From an uncultured Phocaeicola sp. (lineage in GTDB: Bacteria > Bacteroidota > Bacteroidia > Bacteroidales > Bacteroidaceae), in NCBI GenBank assembly GCA_944320135.1, contig CALUGI010000010.1, forward strand, positions 3,662-67,661: a stretch of DNA of 64,000 nucleotides. The letters run 5' to 3'. Shown piece after piece: positions 61,414 to 64,000 of the stretch (position 1 is its first letter; each line of letters begins with the position of its first letter). The translations under genes were made by a program, and so were the position numbers. A model generated the notes under the pieces. The model did not search any database. It worked only from the letters and a program-made list of their open reading frames with translations, and had not been told where the DNA came from.

Positions 61414-64000
61414 TTAAAGTGTAACATTAATCCCCAACGAATAAGTCTTGACAAGCGGATACGGCGTTTCCGAACCGCTCTTAGGCAATTTTTCCGGGTC
61501 CAGTCCCGGCCAATCGGTAATAGTAAGCAGATTTTCCGCCGACAAATGAATCCTCATCGACTGTATCCCAAACGTTTTCAGCAGTTTCTTTGGGAAAGAG
61601 TAGCCTATCTGAAGATTCTTCAGACGCAAATAGTTGCACGAATAAAGCCAGAAAGTGGATTGCTCCTGATTGTATCCTCCACTACTTCCTGTGGTCAGCC
61701 TCGGCAAAGAAGCGTTCCTGTTCTCCAGTGTCCAAGAATTCAAATGATGCCTTTGGAACGAATACTTGCTGGAAAGGACGTTCACATTGTTGAAATTGTC
61801 GAGCCAGAAGTTCTTGCGCCCTGCGTTTCCCTGGAACAACGCGGCAATATCGAAGTCCTTCCATTCCGCATTCAGATTCAAGCTAAAGTCATGAATCGGA
61901 ATATACCGCATATAGCCGGGCATTGCCACCTTGTCGCTGCTGTTGATTACACCGTCACCGTTGATGTCCTCCATCAACAAGTCGCCGGGAGCCAGATATT
62001 CATTCTGGAAAGGCGCGTTCTGCACTTCCTCCCACGACTGAACTATCCCGACCGCCTTATAGGTGTATACCATTTCGTATGGATAGCCTATAAACGTGGC
62101 TCCGCGTCCAAGCCTCTCATTCCATTTGAGCAGCTTGTTCTTGTTCAAAGCGTAATTCACTCCTATTCCATAGAAAAGGCCGCCTATCTGGTCTCTCCAC
62201 GAAACCGTCAGCTCCATGCCTCGGTTGCGCATCTCGCCGATATTCCTGTCGGGAGCGTTCAATCCGGACAACAGGCGCGACACCTGCCCCGGACGAATCA
62301 TGTTTGTCGTCAGTTTGCTGTAGAAATCAATTTCCGTCCGCAAACGGCTGTTCAGGAACGACAGCTCCAGACCGACATTCGTCATAGCCGTCGATTCCCA
62401 CGTAAAGTTCGGATCAATCAGCTTGTAAGGAGCATATCCTTCCGCTATCACATTGTCGCCGAACGTATAGGGATATGAATTGTAAGTGTCTTTCTGATAA
62501 TACCTGTCAACGCCCGAATTGTTTCCAATCTTCCCCCATGACAAGCGTACCTTCGCGTCATTGACCACAGGCCGGAGACGCTCAAAAAAGTCTTCTTCCG
62601 AAAAACGCCAGGCTGCGGACACTGAAGGGAAAACTCCCCACTGGTGGCCTTTGGAAAACTTTGAAGACGCATCCCAACGCACCAACGCCTGCAGCATGTA
62701 TTTGTTCAGCACGTCGTAATTCAATTTAGCGACAACAGAACGCAATCCTTCGGAACTGGAAGAACCCGCCGTAGACTGCGTAGTCAGTCCCGCACCGTTT
62801 ATTTCCGTCAGGCTCGGATGGAAACGGTCGTTTCTGGAGCTGCTCTGCGAACGCTCATGCCAATATTCTTCAGAATAGATAAACTGGAAACGCAAGTTAT
62901 GCCCCTTCAATATTTCCTGCTCGTAAATGGCATGGAGGTTCAGTATCGTCTTTGTCCTTTCGGCCGTGTAGTCCGTAATTCCCGCATTCTTGGAAACCAT
63001 CTCGTATGAAGGAAGCCCCGTTTGAAAGTTTTGCAACACAGTGGGCATCGACCAAGACTTGACAAAGTCGTTCCGGTAAGTCAGTCCGTAGTCCGCACGG
63101 AACTGCAAAAAGCTCAACGGCTTCCACTCCAAGTAGGCAAGGCCGTTGAAATCCTTGCGTTCACGCTCGTTATGAAACGCTTCGTATTTCGCCAGCGGAT
63201 TGTTCGCCAACCCGTCTTCGCCATACGCCATAGCGCCTCCATATTCCCCCGTAACAGGATGTTTCGGCAAGATGCCGGCCGGACTTTTAATCAAATCCCA
63301 GCTTGCAGCGTTCCCATAAGTCAGCAATCCGTCCTCATAAGGATAAGAATCGTCCGACCATTGTCCTGCTGCATTCAGTCCCACCTTTATATACTTGCTG
63401 ATTTGCTGCTCCACATTCGAACGGAACGAATACCTTTTAAAATCGTTGTTAATCATCAACCCCTCCTGGTTCAACAGACCGACAGACAAATAATACGAGC
63501 CTTTCTCGCTTCCTCCCGTAGCCGAAATGCTATGGTTCTGCGTAAAAGGAGTGCGGAAAATCACATCCCACCAGTCTGTGTTCGGATACAGGACCGGATC
63601 GACCATCCCTTTGGCCATCCATTCGTCGATGGTTCCGTCTTTATAGTTGGTTGCACTGTTTCCGTTCGTAGCTGCAAGATTGTGCAGGGTCAGCGCACGG
63701 GGATAATCATCCAAAAAATCATAATAATTGGTGGCTTTCCCTATAGAGAAGTTGCCGGAATAGCTGACGCTCATTTTTCCCGACTTTCCTTTCTTGGTCG
63801 TAATCAGAATCACTCCATTGGCAGCGCGCGAACCGTAGACAGCGGAAGAAGACGCATCTTTCAACACGGAAATGCTTGCAATATCGTTCATGTCGATTCT
63901 GTTCAGTTCGATATCAGGTATCCCGTCAACTACAATCAAAGGCGCTGAATTGTTGACGGTGCCCAGTCCGCGGATTCTCAGCGTAGCCCCGTCATTGCCG
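61414..64000 (-). CDS. SusC-type TonB-linked outer membrane protein; 5' end beyond the window edge
   Basis: The frame is open to nt 64000 (..[71 protein letters not shown]). The C-terminus ..YSLGINVTL is typical of the SusC barrel. Confidence 0.9.
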   Translation of the reverse strand, partial: GNDGATLRIRGLGTVNNSAPLIVVDGIPDIELNRIDMNDIASISVLKDASSSAVYGSRAANGVILITTKKGKSGKMSVSYSGNFSIGKATNYYDFLDDYPRALTLHNLAATNGNSATNYKDGTIDEWMAKGMVDPVLYPNTDWWDVIFRTPFTQNHSISATGGSEKGSYYLSVGLLNQEGLMINNDFKRYSFRSNVEQQISKYIKVGLNAAGQWSDDSYPYEDGLLTYGNAASWDLIKSPAGILPKHPVTGEYGGAMAYGEDGLANNPLAKYEAFHNERERKDFNGLAYLEWKPLSFLQFRADYGLTYRNDFVKSWSMPTVLQNFQTGLPSYEMVSKNAGITDYTAERTKTILNLHAIYEQEILKGHNLRFQFIYSEEYWHERSQSSSRNDRFHPSLTEINGAGLTTQSTAGSSSSEGLRSVVAKLNYDVLNKYMLQALVRWDASSKFSKGHQWGVFPSVSAAWRFSEEDFFERLRPVVNDAKVRLSWGKIGNNSGVDRYYQKDTYNSYPYTFGDNVIAEGYAPYKLIDPNFTWESTAMTNVGLELSFLNSRLRTEIDFYSKLTTNMIRPGQVSRLLSGLNAPDRNIGEMRNRGMELTVSWRDQIGGLFYGIGVNYALNKNKLLKWNERLGRGATFIGYPYEMVYTYKAVGIVQSWEEVQNAPFQNEYLAPGDLLMEDINGDGVINSSDKVAMPGYMRYIPIHDFSLNLNAEWKDFDIAALFQGNAGRKNFWLDNFNNVNVLSSKYSFQRHHLNSWTLENRNASLPRLTTGSSGGYNQEQSTFWLYSCNYLRLKNLQIGYSFPKKLLKTFGIQSMRIHLSAENLLTITDWPGLDPEKLPKSGSETPYPLVKTYSLGINVTL

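Noticed and set aside
1-64000. A scan for CRISPR arrays, rRNA, tRNA, IS transposases, prophage blocks and defence-system hallmarks (restriction-modification, Cas, TIR/STAND, reverse transcriptases).
   Set aside because: No regularly spaced repeats, no cloverleaf-like GC-rich 75-nt islands in intergenic DNA, and no recognisable hallmark proteins were seen by eye. tRNAscan, Infernal and DefenseFinder would be needed to confirm this negative.

Overview
The window looks like a Bacteroidales chromosome segment. This is inferred from a SusC/SusD pair, many lipobox lipoproteins, TTTG-N19-21-TAnnTTTG promoter boxes, the absence of Shine-Dalgarno sites, and about 53% GC. I found no rRNA, tRNA, CRISPR array or transposase.

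Layout, left to right:
- 1-515: partial gamma-carbonic-anhydrase-like gene.
- 516-2130: 1.6 kb without a convincing gene. It holds a REP-like palindrome, a frameshifted XRE-type HTH remnant with a C8 tract, a hairpin, and a perfect 28-bp inverted repeat around a (TA)-rich spacer.
- 2131-8766: Ser-type sulfatase, GH2 beta-mannosidase and GH92 alpha-mannosidase.
- 8826-11141: flavin-reductase-like gene and cysS.
- 11199-16974: three tandem paralogous GLUG-repeat lipoprotein genes. Each follows a terminator and a conserved ~250-bp non-coding module, and copies 1 and 3 share a 126-bp identical 5' cassette.
- 17082-21328: operon of a GH3-family adenylating enzyme, an Ig-like lipoprotein and a DUF3108-like protein.
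- 21615-22628: pfkA, followed by a candidate ~65-nt sRNA on the minus strand.
- 23152-25131: GH51 arabinofuranosidase.
- 25239-32516: cobalamin-riboswitch-controlled operon with a BtuB-like TonB receptor and three beta-propeller lipoproteins. It is divergent from a second TonB receptor (32650-34548).
- 34636-39642: ppx, ppk1, and a translationally coupled LpxH-like/glycosyltransferase pair.
- 39838-42961: a small accessory islet with a HicB-like orphan, a dense motif array, a tyrosine recombinase and an Asp-box lipoprotein.
- 42985-48549: uppS, bamA, two skp genes and murI.
- 48571-52006: a GH78 rhamnosidase pseudogene with one frameshift and three in-frame stops.
- 52224-64000: a PUL with GH88, two lyase-like genes, three lipoproteins, SusD and a partial SusC.

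Most noteworthy are the recombining GLUG lipoprotein family with its conserved leader module, the 28-bp inverted-repeat element, the expanded B12-capture operon, the recombinase islet, and the decaying GH78 gene. All functional calls come from motif recognition by eye; no database search was run.
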